Positions 1 to 9,800 of a stretch of 45,054 nt of DNA are shown here, one piece after another. Position 1 is the stretch's first letter; every line of letters starts with the position of its first letter. Under the pieces are notes generated by a model. It did not search any database and was not told where the DNA came from. It worked only from the letters and a program-made list of their open reading frames with translations. The stretch covers positions 1-45,054 of IMG/VR virus record IMGVR_UViG_3300017747_002686; one strand, written 5' to 3'. Position numbers and translations under genes: made by a program. Source of the DNA: a virus (lineage: Duplodnaviria > Caudoviricetes).

Positions 1-123
1 CCAGGTGTCTGCATACCTCAACCGCCTCAAAGAGCTTTCAGGAGTTTAATCAATGGCTAACGTCACCGGTAACCAGAGCCCGATCATTAAGGCTCAGGTG
101 TATTCTGAGTTCATGCTGGAGCA
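1..123. repeat. Terminal overlap identical to 44932-45054 (circular-assembly overlap)
   Basis: First 123 nt (ccaggtgtct...ctggagca) are repeated exactly at the window end and cut through the scaffold/capsid genes, as expected of an assembler overlap rather than a virion terminal repeat. Confidence 0.95.
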
Positions 124-1021
124 GCTGCACGCTGGCTTCCTCCCCGACAACCTGTATCGCAACGTCTCCGACTTCGGCGACGGCGACACCCTCTACGTCC
201 CCGTTCTCGGTGAGACGATCATCCGCGATTACGCGGAAGACACGGGCGTCGTGTTCGATGCAATCGACACCGGCCAGGTCACCCTGACCATCAGCGACTA
301 CGTGAGCGGCGCGTCGTACGTGACCGACAAGCTGAAGGAAGACGCCTACAAGGCGGCGTTCCTCGAAGCTGCGATCCCGCGCGAGCATCTCCGTCTCATC
401 AAGGAACGCTTCGAGTCCGACCTGCTGAACCAGGTCAACAAGCAGACCGCTGCGGACCCGAACAGCATCAACGGCTTCAACCACCGCTGGGTGGCTTCGA
501 GTGGCACGACCAACGGCGTCCTGACTCTGGACGACCTGATGTACGCCAAGCTGGCGCTGGACGAAGTGAACGCGCCCGAGGAAGGTCGCCTGTTCATCGT
601 TCCGCCCATCTGCGAGACGAGCATCAACAAGCAGGTCGGCGCCCAGGCCTACGTCAACAACCCGCAGTTCGAGGGTATCGTGACGACCGGCATGGCGAAG
701 TCCATGAAGTTCGTGCGCAACATCTTCGGCTTCGACATCTGGGTCTCGACCCGCTGCCCGCTGAAGGCAACGTCCGAGCAGATCAACGGCTGGTCGGGTA
801 ACGACACGCTGGCGACCTCGCGCGTCTGCACGTTCGGCGTGTTCGGCAACGACATGCACACCCCGATCATGGGTGCCTGGCGTCAGACCCCGAAGACCGA
901 AGGCGACCGCAACGTCACCTTCAAGCGCGATGAGTACAGCACGACCGCTCGTTGGGGCCTCGGCCTCCAGCGCCGTGACACCATCGGCGCCGTCCTCGTC
1001 AGCCCGAGCGTGTTCCAGTAA
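53..1021 (+). CDS. Major capsid protein
   Basis: 322 aa, strong SD (AGGAG), highly biased codon usage, directly follows portal and scaffold on the circle; N-terminal pattern (VSDFGDGDTLYVP...DY) typical of podovirus HK97-fold capsids. Confidence 0.9.
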   Translation: MANVTGNQSPIIKAQVYSEFMLEQLHAGFLPDNLYRNVSDFGDGDTLYVPVLGETIIRDYAEDTGVVFDAIDTGQVTLTISDYVSGASYVTDKLKEDAYKAAFLEAAIPREHLRLIKERFESDLLNQVNKQTAADPNSINGFNHRWVASSGTTNGVLTLDDLMYAKLALDEVNAPEEGRLFIVPPICETSINKQVGAQAYVNNPQFEGIVTTGMAKSMKFVRNIFGFDIWVSTRCPLKATSEQINGWSGNDTLATSRVCTFGVFGNDMHTPIMGAWRQTPKTEGDRNVTFKRDEYSTTARWGLGLQRRDTIGAVLVSPSVFQ

Positions 1022-1026
1022 TACCG

Positions 1027-1072
1027 CTGAGGCCGCAACCTGTGTTCAACGGGGAGAGCGGCCTCACCTTTC
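1027..1072 (+). promoter_or_regulatory. Intergenic stem-loop after capsid gene (partial terminator or processing site)
   Basis: TGAGGCCGC...GCGGCCTCA perfect 9-bp stem followed by CCTTTC. Confidence 0.5.
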
Positions 1073-1084
1073 AAGGAGAGTAAC

Positions 1085-1627
1085 ATGGGTACTGTTTCTT
1101 ATGACGCTGTAGGCGGCGCTCGTACTTCGTACGGCCCGACCCCCTCGCTGGCGACCAACGCGGTCGGCGCGACGGAGAAGACGTTCGGCAATCGTGTGGA
1201 ACTGGAGTACAACTTCAGCTTCGACTCACTGCCGGCCTGGTCTGCGAAGAACGCGCTCGACGCGCTCATCCCGGTGATCCCGGCATACGCGGTGATTGAG
1301 GACGTGATCCTCCTGGTTCGCACTCCGTTCGCGGGCGGCACCTCGCTCGAAGTTGGCACGTTCCTGGCTTCGGCCGGTACCGCTGTTGACGCGGATGGCC
1401 TGATCCCCGCCGCGGTTGGCGCGCTGGCCAACATCGACGCCGCTGGTGATGCGCTGTACGGCACCGGTGCGCAGGTTGTTCGTCGCCAGGTTGACGAAGG
1501 CGCGGATACCGGTCTGGTCGCAGTGGCCAACACGACCGGCGCCGCCGCTGTTGTGGTGGGCATCGTGGCTGTCGGCACGTTCACCGCTGGCGTGGGCAAG
1601 CTGGTCATCACGTACGTCAAGCGCTAA
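1085..1627 (+). CDS. Virion structural protein, probable capsid decoration/minor capsid protein
   Basis: 180 aa Ala/Gly/Val-rich beta protein right after the capsid gene, SD AAGGAG, followed by a terminator. Confidence 0.65.
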   Translation: MGTVSYDAVGGARTSYGPTPSLATNAVGATEKTFGNRVELEYNFSFDSLPAWSAKNALDALIPVIPAYAVIEDVILLVRTPFAGGTSLEVGTFLASAGTAVDADGLIPAAVGALANIDAAGDALYGTGAQVVRRQVDEGADTGLVAVANTTGAAAVVVGIVAVGTFTAGVGKLVITYVKR

Positions 1628-1642
1628 GGCGCTGTAGCTGGA

Positions 1643-1680
1643 GGGGCTGGTCCTGCGTAGCGGGGCTGGCCCTTTCTCAT
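1643..1680 (+). terminator. Probable rho-independent terminator
   Basis: GGGGCTGGTCCTGC-GTA-GCGGGGCTGGCCCT hairpin (with G:U pairs) followed by a T-rich tail. Confidence 0.6.
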
Positions 1681-1693
1681 TCTGGAGATTCAC

Positions 1694-2281
1694 ATGCCAT
1701 TGCACAGTGCCCTCACCGGGTCAGATGTACATCAGGACAAGCTGATCGGCGCTGCCATTGTCAGCGACGCCGGCAAGGTTACCACGCCCTCGGCTGTGAC
1801 GCCGGGCGTAGGCGTGCTTCGCAAGCCGTTGACCACCGAGACATCAACCGGCCAGCTGATTGCCGACGCCGGTAAGGCGTTCGTTCAGCGGGCGGACACG
1901 GACGGGGTAGGCGAGTTCCGCTTCCTCCGCCCAGGCGACATCGAGACCTACCTCACCACGACTCATCGGGATGTGGTGGACCTGGACACCGCAGGAAGCG
2001 CGTACTCCATCGCCTCCACCGAGGTGACCACAGTGCGTATCCGCGTGGTCCTGTCTGCTGCCATCACGGTGGCTGACGAAGACATCACGGTGACCATCGG
2101 CGGTGCTACGCCGGTCGTTCTCACCGTACCGGTTGCAGGCTCTGGCGCTGGCATCATCACGTCGAGCGCGGAGATTCCCCTCTCAGCCGTTCAGCCTGCC
2201 GGCTCACTTATCACCATCGCTAACGATGGCGCCTGCACCGGCCCAGCCGCTGCCCGCGTGATCGTCGAACTGCGGAGCTAA
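1694..2281 (+). CDS. Virion structural protein (head/neck fibre-like)
   Basis: 195 aa, SD GGAG, internal repeat VSDAGKV/IADAGKA, beta-rich C-terminus, position in structural module. Confidence 0.55.
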   Translation: MPLHSALTGSDVHQDKLIGAAIVSDAGKVTTPSAVTPGVGVLRKPLTTETSTGQLIADAGKAFVQRADTDGVGEFRFLRPGDIETYLTTTHRDVVDLDTAGSAYSIASTEVTTVRIRVVLSAAITVADEDITVTIGGATPVVLTVPVAGSGAGIITSSAEIPLSAVQPAGSLITIANDGACTGPAAARVIVELRS

Positions 2282-2284
2282 CCA

Positions 2285-3034
2285 ATGGCCAAGAACGTGC
2301 TTGCCTACGTGCAGGCCTGCCTGAACGTGATGGACAGCGATCAGGTGGACGACAACAACGACACCAGCGAGAGCTTGCAGGTGGCTGAGCACTTGAAGGA
2401 GGTGTACCTGGAGCTGATGAACCGGCAGGAGTGGCAGCATCTGCACGGCGCCATCACGCTGACGGCAGCTGCTGACGTGAACAGCCCCACGCAGTTCGCC
2501 ATCCCTGAGACGGTGCGCTACATCGACTACCTGGCGTACAATACCAGTGAGCAGGGTGAGTATCGCCGGCAGGAGCTGAAGTACCTGGAGCCGGAGTGCT
2601 TCGTGCAGCGCTTCGCCAACGGCGAGGATGCGACGAACAAGCTGCTGGTCACCGTAGGTACGAAGGAGCAGTTCTACGTCACGCTCGATGCGTGGCCGAT
2701 GTTCTGGACTAGCTTCGATGACCAGACCATCTACATGGACGCGGTGCATCAGGACTTCGACAGCACGCTGGTGGCGACCAAGCTGTCCGCCCGCGGCGTC
2801 ATCGTCCCCACCTTCAGCGTCACCAATTCGCACACGCCGAACATCCCTCTGCACATGGAGCCGCTGCTCCAGGCCGAGCTGAACCGCGAGTGCTTCAAGT
2901 ATTTCAAGCAGGTTGAGAGCACATCCGATGAAAAGAAAGCAAAGCGCCAGCTCGCTCGAGCCCGTCGAGAGTCCAGCAAAATCGAGCGAGAGTCTGACCG
3001 ATTCTACGTCAACCGATTCGGCCGCAACCGCTGA
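2285..3034 (+). CDS. Head-tail adaptor / tail tubular protein A
   Basis: 249 aa; N-terminal V..CL..MDSD.V....DT.ES.QVA pattern and position just before the nozzle gene. Confidence 0.75.
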   Translation: MAKNVLAYVQACLNVMDSDQVDDNNDTSESLQVAEHLKEVYLELMNRQEWQHLHGAITLTAAADVNSPTQFAIPETVRYIDYLAYNTSEQGEYRRQELKYLEPECFVQRFANGEDATNKLLVTVGTKEQFYVTLDAWPMFWTSFDDQTIYMDAVHQDFDSTLVATKLSARGVIVPTFSVTNSHTPNIPLHMEPLLQAELNRECFKYFKQVESTSDEKKAKRQLARARRESSKIERESDRFYVNRFGRNR

Positions 3035-3209
3035 GGCCAGCGAGGTAGTCGCTACCACGGCGTTCGGCAAGAAGATCAGGGTGGAGCAGGTGCCCAACTC
3101 CAGCTTCTGGCGCTGCCACTGCGAGGGCGGAGGCACGCAGCCGATCCCCGGTGTGTTCACGCGGCGCCAGTATGCACTGGACGCAGCCGCCATCTACGAG
3201 CAGGAGTAA
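2928..3209 (+). CDS. Small hypothetical protein overlapping the adaptor gene by 107 nt
   Basis: Only ATG in this frame is at 2928, preceded by GAGAG; C-terminal half (GGGTQPIPGVFTRRQYALDAAAIY) has phage-like codon usage and fills the gap to the nozzle gene. Confidence 0.6.
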   Translation: MKRKQSASSLEPVESPAKSSESLTDSTSTDSAATAEASEVVATTAFGKKIRVEQVPNSSFWRCHCEGGGTQPIPGVFTRRQYALDAAAIYEQE

Positions 3210-3212
3210 GTT

Positions 3213-6200
3213 ATGCCGCGAGGCCAGCGAGACGACACGACCCGCCTGAAGCTGAAGAAGGAGTATCGCTCCTTCCAGCGCGGGCTCATCACCGAGGCAT
3301 CTGGCCTCACCTACCCCGAGAACAGCTGCCGTGACCTGGACAACGTGGACATCGAAGTCAACGGGTCCATCCGTCGCCGCCTTGGCATCAGCCAGGAGCG
3401 TGACGGCCAGCTGATCGGTGGCGGGGTGCTGTCTGACACCCTGTTCACCAACACCGGTGGTGGCCCGCTCTCGCAGGCTCCGTCTGTCCTCGCTGCCTCT
3501 GAGTCCTACAGCTATGACGCGGTGACCGGCAACGGTGACTGGACGTATGGCGGTTTGAACCCCGGCATCGTGACCGGTGCCTTCGAGCTGCCGGCGCAGA
3601 CCGGCAATCCGTCGTGGATGCAGCAGGACTTGAACATCACCGACTTCGACCGCGTGTACGTGCAGTGGGAATACCAGGAAGACTCCAGCCACGAGCCCAA
3701 GGGCGCGGCGCTGTTCGGAGCAGATGGCAGTGGCGGCGGGCAGGGCTTCGTCTGGGGTGATGACGGGCTGCGCCTGCTGACCTCGGCTACCCACACCACG
3801 GGCTACGTCAAGACGCTGCTGGAAGGCGGCAACTACGAGGCCCCGCACCGCTTCACCTTCGAGATGGTCAAGACCAGCCCCGGCTCCTTCCTGGGCACAC
3901 TTCAGGTGCGCCGCATCAGCGACAACGTGCTGCGCTACAGCGGCAGCAACATCGTGATTGGTGCGTCGGGTGACTTCATCACCTTCCGTGGCCAGGACGG
4001 CCAGGGCCACCGCGGCTTCCCGCGCTTCGACAACATCGAGATCGAGCTGGAGACGTTCGGCGTTGAGACTGATTTGCCTGACACCACTGTCCCGCAGAAC
4101 GAGTTCGCCGTCAGCACCCACCTGTGGTCCACGCCTAACGGCGACGGCCGTAAGAACTTCCAGGTGTTCCAGGTCGGCAACACGCTGTTCTTCCGTGACC
4201 TGGAGCAGGAGGCGGTGAGCAACCCGCTCGACACCGCTGTGCCTGTGCTGTTCCAGACGCTTAGCTTCGATGGTGTGGGCACCGGCTTCATCTACAACAC
4301 CACGGCCGCGCTGGCTGCGCGCGTCAAGCTCCAGTCGGCCAGCGGCAACGGCCGCATCTGGTTCACCAGCCAGGCGGTGGTACCATTCTACGCTGAGCTG
4401 TCCTCCGATGGCACGGCGATCCAGCTGAAGGCTGTGGGCGTGAGCGAGTCGGCGGACGGCATTGAGGCCGTGACCGGCGCGCGTCTGATCCGCGATCTGG
4501 CAGGTGTGGACGATGGCCTTGACCCCGAGGAGACTCCGGGCTCGATGTCGCAGGAGCACCTGTACAACCTACTGAACCAAGGCTGGCCTTCCGCCAAGAT
4601 CAACGACTATTTCACCGATCAGGCGAACTACCCAAGCAACAACCAGCAGTGGTTCTTCGGAAAGACAGACCTGGACGTGTTCGACCCTGCCAAGCTGGTG
4701 GAGCAGGACTTCGGCTCGAGCCTGGCACCCAAGGGCCGACTGATCATGGACGCCCTACTGGGCCAGCGCGACGGTATTACGCACGCAGTCAGCGGCGTGG
4801 ACAGCCCGCTGAACTTCAACGATGCGCAGGGCGAGACTTCAAGCACGGGCTGGGAAGCCGTGGCGTTCTTCGCCGGGCGTGTCTGGTTCGCCGGTGATGT
4901 GAATCCCAAGCGACCGGGCTGCGTCTACTTCAGTAAGACCCTACAGGCGGTGACCGATGCAGGAAAGTTCTTCCAGCAGGCAGACCCGAGCAGCGAGCAC
5001 TTCAACGACTTGCTGGCTACGGACGGCGGGTACATCCCGATCCCCGGCGCCGGCAACATGCGCCGGCTGGTCGAGTTTGGGTCCGGTCTACTGGTCATGG
5101 CTGACAACGGCGTGTGGTTCGTGTATGGTCGAGACGGTGGCTTCACCGCCAATAACTTCTCGGTTGAAAAGCTGACCAACACGGGCATCATCGGGCCAGG
5201 CAGCGTGGTGCTGACCGACCAGGGTGTGCTGTTCTGGGCGGACAACTCGGTGCATGCCGTGTCCTTCGGCCAGGAGAGCAACAACCTCCCGTCCGTGACC
5301 GACCTGGGCGAGCAGACCATCTTCAAGTATTACCAGCTGATCCCGCGCGCCTCACGGCTCGCCGCGGCCTCGTGCTACGACACGATCAGCAAGAAGGTAT
5401 TCTGGTTCTGGCTGTCGAGCGAGGAGGATGCGGAGCTGAGCCAGTCGGTGTACGACCGGGCGCTCATCTTCGACACCCGCACTGGCGCGTTCACGACCTA
5501 CAGCTTCCCCATCGGCACCGAGTCTCTGCTTGGTGTGGCGGGTGGCTTCGGCCGGCAGACGCCCACGGTGCCCTCGATCTACGAGCCCGTGTACATCAGC
5601 ACTGGCGAGATTGTGACCGACAACGCACTAGAGGTGGTGACCGCAGCTGACCCGCTGGCTGACCTGACCCAGTCTACCCTGACCAACAGCATCAAGCTGC
5701 TGGTGGTGGTGGGCGACGAGGCAGGCCTACGGGTGGGCGAGTTCTACAACCTGAACTTCACCGACTTCGCCAACTTCAGCGGTATCGACGAGGAGGAGAA
5801 GGATGCCTACCTGGTAACAGGCGACGACACCATTGGCGACCTACAGGTCAACAAGCAGACGCCGTACGTCCACAGCTTCTTCACGCGCACCGAGTCCGGG
5901 TTCTACCCTGACCAGACGCCGAAGCGGGCCAGTGGCTGCACGCTGTATGCACGGTGGGACTGGCACAACTCCGCCGCGGGCAACCGCTGGAGCGTGCCGC
6001 AGAACGCCTACCGCTACCGGCGCCCGTACGCACCAGTGGACCCGCTCACCGACACGTTTGACAACGGCGAGGAGATTGTGTATACTAAGCTCAAGGTCCG
6101 GGGTAAGGGCCGTGCCATCGCGCTCCGCTACAACAGCGTGGCTGGCAAGGACTTCCGGCTGTTGGGCTTCAGCATTCCCTACTCCGCCAACGAGGATTGA
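3213..6200 (+). CDS. Tail nozzle / tail tubular protein B with an inserted beta-sandwich domain
   Basis: 995 aa; N-terminal F.RGLITEAS.L.YPENS..DLDN and C-terminal KLKVRGKGRA..L.Y.S..GKDF.LLG motifs, AFFAGRVWFAG beta-propeller signature. Confidence 0.8.
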   Translation: MPRGQRDDTTRLKLKKEYRSFQRGLITEASGLTYPENSCRDLDNVDIEVNGSIRRRLGISQERDGQLIGGGVLSDTLFTNTGGGPLSQAPSVLAASESYSYDAVTGNGDWTYGGLNPGIVTGAFELPAQTGNPSWMQQDLNITDFDRVYVQWEYQEDSSHEPKGAALFGADGSGGGQGFVWGDDGLRLLTSATHTTGYVKTLLEGGNYEAPHRFTFEMVKTSPGSFLGTLQVRRISDNVLRYSGSNIVIGASGDFITFRGQDGQGHRGFPRFDNIEIELETFGVETDLPDTTVPQNEFAVSTHLWSTPNGDGRKNFQVFQVGNTLFFRDLEQEAVSNPLDTAVPVLFQTLSFDGVGTGFIYNTTAALAARVKLQSASGNGRIWFTSQAVVPFYAELSSDGTAIQLKAVGVSESADGIEAVTGARLIRDLAGVDDGLDPEETPGSMSQEHLYNLLNQGWPSAKINDYFTDQANYPSNNQQWFFGKTDLDVFDPAKLVEQDFGSSLAPKGRLIMDALLGQRDGITHAVSGVDSPLNFNDAQGETSSTGWEAVAFFAGRVWFAGDVNPKRPGCVYFSKTLQAVTDAGKFFQQADPSSEHFNDLLATDGGYIPIPGAGNMRRLVEFGSGLLVMADNGVWFVYGRDGGFTANNFSVEKLTNTGIIGPGSVVLTDQGVLFWADNSVHAVSFGQESNNLPSVTDLGEQTIFKYYQLIPRASRLAAASCYDTISKKVFWFWLSSEEDAELSQSVYDRALIFDTRTGAFTTYSFPIGTESLLGVAGGFGRQTPTVPSIYEPVYISTGEIVTDNALEVVTAADPLADLTQSTLTNSIKLLVVVGDEAGLRVGEFYNLNFTDFANFSGIDEEEKDAYLVTGDDTIGDLQVNKQTPYVHSFFTRTESGFYPDQTPKRASGCTLYARWDWHNSAAGNRWSVPQNAYRYRRPYAPVDPLTDTFDNGEEIVYTKLKVRGKGRAIALRYNSVAGKDFRLLGFSIPYSANED

Positions 6201-6202
6201 AC

Positions 6203-6814
6203 ATGAGCATTATCGCAGGAGCAGCACAGGGCGCAGCGGCGGGGTCCGCTGCCGGCCCGTATGGCGCCATCGCAGGTGGCGTCCTGGGCGGTATCAGCGG
6301 GGCGTTCGGCGCGAGCGGTAAGCGCGCCGCCCGCCGCGCGGCCAAGGCCCAGCGCCGGATCGAAGCACTCACCGCCTTCCGCGAGCGGGTGCAGGCTGTC
6401 CGGCAGAGCCGCATGCAGTCGGCTGAGATCGCCGCTCGAGCCGGCAACGAGGGCCTACTGGGTGCCTCGTCCGTTCAAGGCACGCTAGGTGGTATCACCA
6501 GCCAGCTGGGCGCGGCCTTCAGCTTCGCCAACCAGGTGGACAAGCAGAACGCCATCATCCGCAAGAACAGCGAGAAGGCTGCCAAGCAGGCGGACATCGC
6601 TGGTGGGGTGATGAGCCTGGCCAGCATGACCTCCAACCTGCCGGCCGGGTTCGGCGGTGACACAGCATCGAGCTTCTTCGCCGGCGCCAAGGAACTAGGC
6701 CAGAACGCGGGAGGTGCGGTGCTCAGCTTCTTCGCCCCTCGCGCTGCCGGCCAGTCGCAGAGCTTCAACCAGACGAGCGGCATCCAGACCTTCGCCTACC
6801 CTGAATTCAAGTAA
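6203..6814 (+). CDS. Internal virion (ejection) protein, T7 gp14-like position
   Basis: Gly/Ala-rich hydrophobic N-terminus then helical coiled region, immediately after nozzle. Confidence 0.6.
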   Translation: MSIIAGAAQGAAAGSAAGPYGAIAGGVLGGISGAFGASGKRAARRAAKAQRRIEALTAFRERVQAVRQSRMQSAEIAARAGNEGLLGASSVQGTLGGITSQLGAAFSFANQVDKQNAIIRKNSEKAAKQADIAGGVMSLASMTSNLPAGFGGDTASSFFAGAKELGQNAGGAVLSFFAPRAAGQSQSFNQTSGIQTFAYPEFK

Positions 6815-6822
6815 GGAGCTTC

Positions 6823-9800
6823 ATGGATATTACCAGCATCCTCCCCACCCAAGGGGCCAACCCGCGTGACGACCTGTTCGCCCCGCCCCCGAAGGCCCCG
6901 GTCAGCACCGAGATCGACGACATGGTCGAGCTGGCCATTGGGATCGACCCGGAGGCACGCAAGACCTTGGCCAACCAGGCGCTAGAGAAGGAAGTCAACG
7001 CTGGCTTGGAAGATGGCACCCTGGACCGCCCGAAGGTGGACGCCCTGGCTGCCCGCTACAACCAGGAAGACGAGGATGATGTGCTGGCTGGCGTGGTGCA
7101 TGGCCTGGCTGACGACGGAGACTCGGTGAAGGACATCACCGGCGACCAGATCAAGGCCAACCGCCGCGCCGTGGGCCAGCTGGCAATCCAGGCGCTGGAA
7201 GCATCGCGCACCGACTTCGCCAACGCTGGCGCGGACGCCGTGGCGGCGCCTGTCACGACGTTTGTGACCAAGGTGCTACCCGACATCGCCGGTAACGTCC
7301 TCTCGCTCAGCACGAGCCAGCGGGCGCTGTCCGCGATGCGCTCCGTGTTCCCCGAGATTGGGAGCCGGCTGGGCGTAGGCCAATCTGTGACCAAGATGCA
7401 GGAGCTGATCGCTGGCATGCAGCCGGCCGAGGCTCAGGTGAAGATCGACCAGCTGGTCCAGGCTGCCCGCGACCAGGGCAACGACGGCCTGTGGGAGTCA
7501 GACACCCAGACCCAGTGGATCACCAGCATCCTACTGGGCAGCTTGACTGATCTTGCGGCCGATCCTACGGCGCCGATCAGCAACAAGATGAACGCCGCCG
7601 CTGCCTACCTGGAGATGGCGGGCGTACCGGTGGCCGCGCTTCGCGGTGCAATGGCCGGCTTCCAGGCGGTCAAGGGCGTGGCCTCAATCACCGCACCTTT
7701 CCGCGCTGCTGGCCTGAACGCCGGTTCAGCTGCTGAGGTGGTGAGCAGCACCAAGGCTGGCGCCGAGCGCATGTGGGAGCTGTTCACTGGCCGGGCGACC
7801 GGCAAGGTGGACCCGCGCTTCGCCCCTGGCACGTCCAGCGAGGACATCCTCGACACCCTGGCCCTGCCGAAGCTGCTCAAAGAGGCGACACAGGACGGTC
7901 CCTTCATCGCTACGGCCCTGGTGCCGGAAGCAACCCGCGCCACCCTGGCTGCTGACCCGGCCTGGCTGTTCGGTGCTGCGCTTGTGCCACGCATGAACGG
8001 CACCTATGCCGGTGCCCAGCTGCTGGACGGCGGGTTGACCGCCACGGTGCAGGTAGGGACTAAGGCTGGACGCGGGTTCAATAGCGAAGCTGCCGCCAAG
8101 GCTGCCGCTACCCGCGAATTCCCTGGTGCTCCGAACGTCTCTGTCGCCCAGAACGGCAACAGCTGGTTCATTGAGGTGTCCAAGACGCGCCAGTTTGGCC
8201 TGTCGGACATCAACGAAGCCCCGAACATGACCGGTCGTGGCTACTCCTGGTGGCGCCGGTTCGGTAAGGCTGCCTCCAGCGGCTCCGACTATGCCAACTT
8301 CAGCTCCAACAACGCGGCCCGCACCGGTGAGCAGGTGGCCACAGCTGCCCGCGACCTGACCAAGCCCTACTGGGACTTGCCGGCCGGCAGCCAGCGCCGC
8401 GTTGCGGCCGTGCTGGATGAAGGTGACGAGACGAAGACGCTGTTCGACCTGAAGGCGCTGCGCGAGAAGGGCCTGCGGGACAAGGAGATCGCCGGATACT
8501 TCGCTGTGCGCAAGCTGGCGCAGGTGAATCGGCAGATCAAGAACATCAACCTGCACCACAAGTGGACCGCCAAGGGCTACCGTGGTGTGACGCTGGCAGG
8601 TATTGGCCAAACCGGCATCAAGCCTGTCACCATGACCGCGGACGAGAGCGTGACAGCGGCGGTGATGCAGATGGAAGGCATCCCGGCTGCCTCGATCCGC
8701 GCCTGGGACGGCACGGCGGGCGTACCTACCACCCTGGCTGCGGTTGCACCCAACCAGCGCGTGGTTCGCCTGATGTCACCCGGCCCTGGTGGCGAGAAGT
8801 TCGCCATCATGGACGTGCGCGACATGACCAAGCACACGGACCTACCGCTCGACTTCATCCCTGACGTGGCGGGCTACCTGCCGCGGCCGTACAAGTACCC
8901 GGCCTACGTCAAGGCGTTCGACGCCAGCGGCCGTGCAACCACCCTGCGCCCTGCGCGCTCGATGGCCGAGGCCGAGAGCCTGGCTGTGGAGCTGAAGGCC
9001 GGTAACCCTGGCCAGCGCGTAGAGGCAGTGATCGCCAGCGAGCTTCGCGTGGTGAGCGACGAGGATGAACTGGCTGAGCTGTTCGATGCGGGCCTGCTGT
9101 ACAACTCCACCCGCGGGCCTTCGCGCCTGCTGGACGCGGTTGGCGGCACCCGTATGCCCACGGTGGGCGACCGTATCCAGTCGATGATGACGGACACGGC
9201 GTTCCGCACCGGCCTGGCACGCTGGTCTGAGGTGCAGAAGCTGGCCTGGCACAACCGGTGGGGCAAGCTGTTCGAGGGGCGCTTCAACCCTGGTATGAAC
9301 CCGGCTGAGCTGGTGGTCAAGGGCAACGCGAACGCCAAGGATGTGGCCCAGGCCCGGCACGAGGCGATGTTCATCAACAACACGTCCGGCGTGGGCGAGG
9401 TGGCCAAGGCTGGCATGCTGAGCGAGTCCAGCTCCACGGTGGCTGAGTGGTTCTACCGCGGTGCGGTGAAAGCGGACGAGATTGCCAGCAAGCTGCGCGG
9501 TGATAAGGCCGGCAGCAAGATCGGCAGCGACCTTCGTGCGCTGGCGGACAACATCGTCGGCCTGGATGGCCGGCTGCTGGGCAACATCAAGACCGTGCCG
9601 TACGTCATGTTCCTGTCAGGCAACCCTGCCCGGCAGCTGCCGCTTCAGATGTCCACCATCCCGATGCACTTCGGGGTGACCGGTGGCACCACCTACGGTA
9701 TCAAGGGTGGGTTCAGCCGGGACATTACCGGCATCCTGCTCAACACAGTGAGCCCTGGCGCCGGCGAGAAGTGGATCAAGACGATGGGCGGCGACCCGGA

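Noticed and set aside
1-123. 123-bp repeat at both ends as a biological direct terminal repeat
   Set aside because: It interrupts the scaffold-capsid operon mid-gene; best explained as circular assembly overlap
50-4559. Long antisense ORFs (e.g. 50-859, 2204-3193, 3009-4559; likewise 15373-16260, 35290-36315, 41211-42203)
   Set aside because: Shadows of GC-rich, codon-biased genes on the opposite strand; no SD or protein motifs
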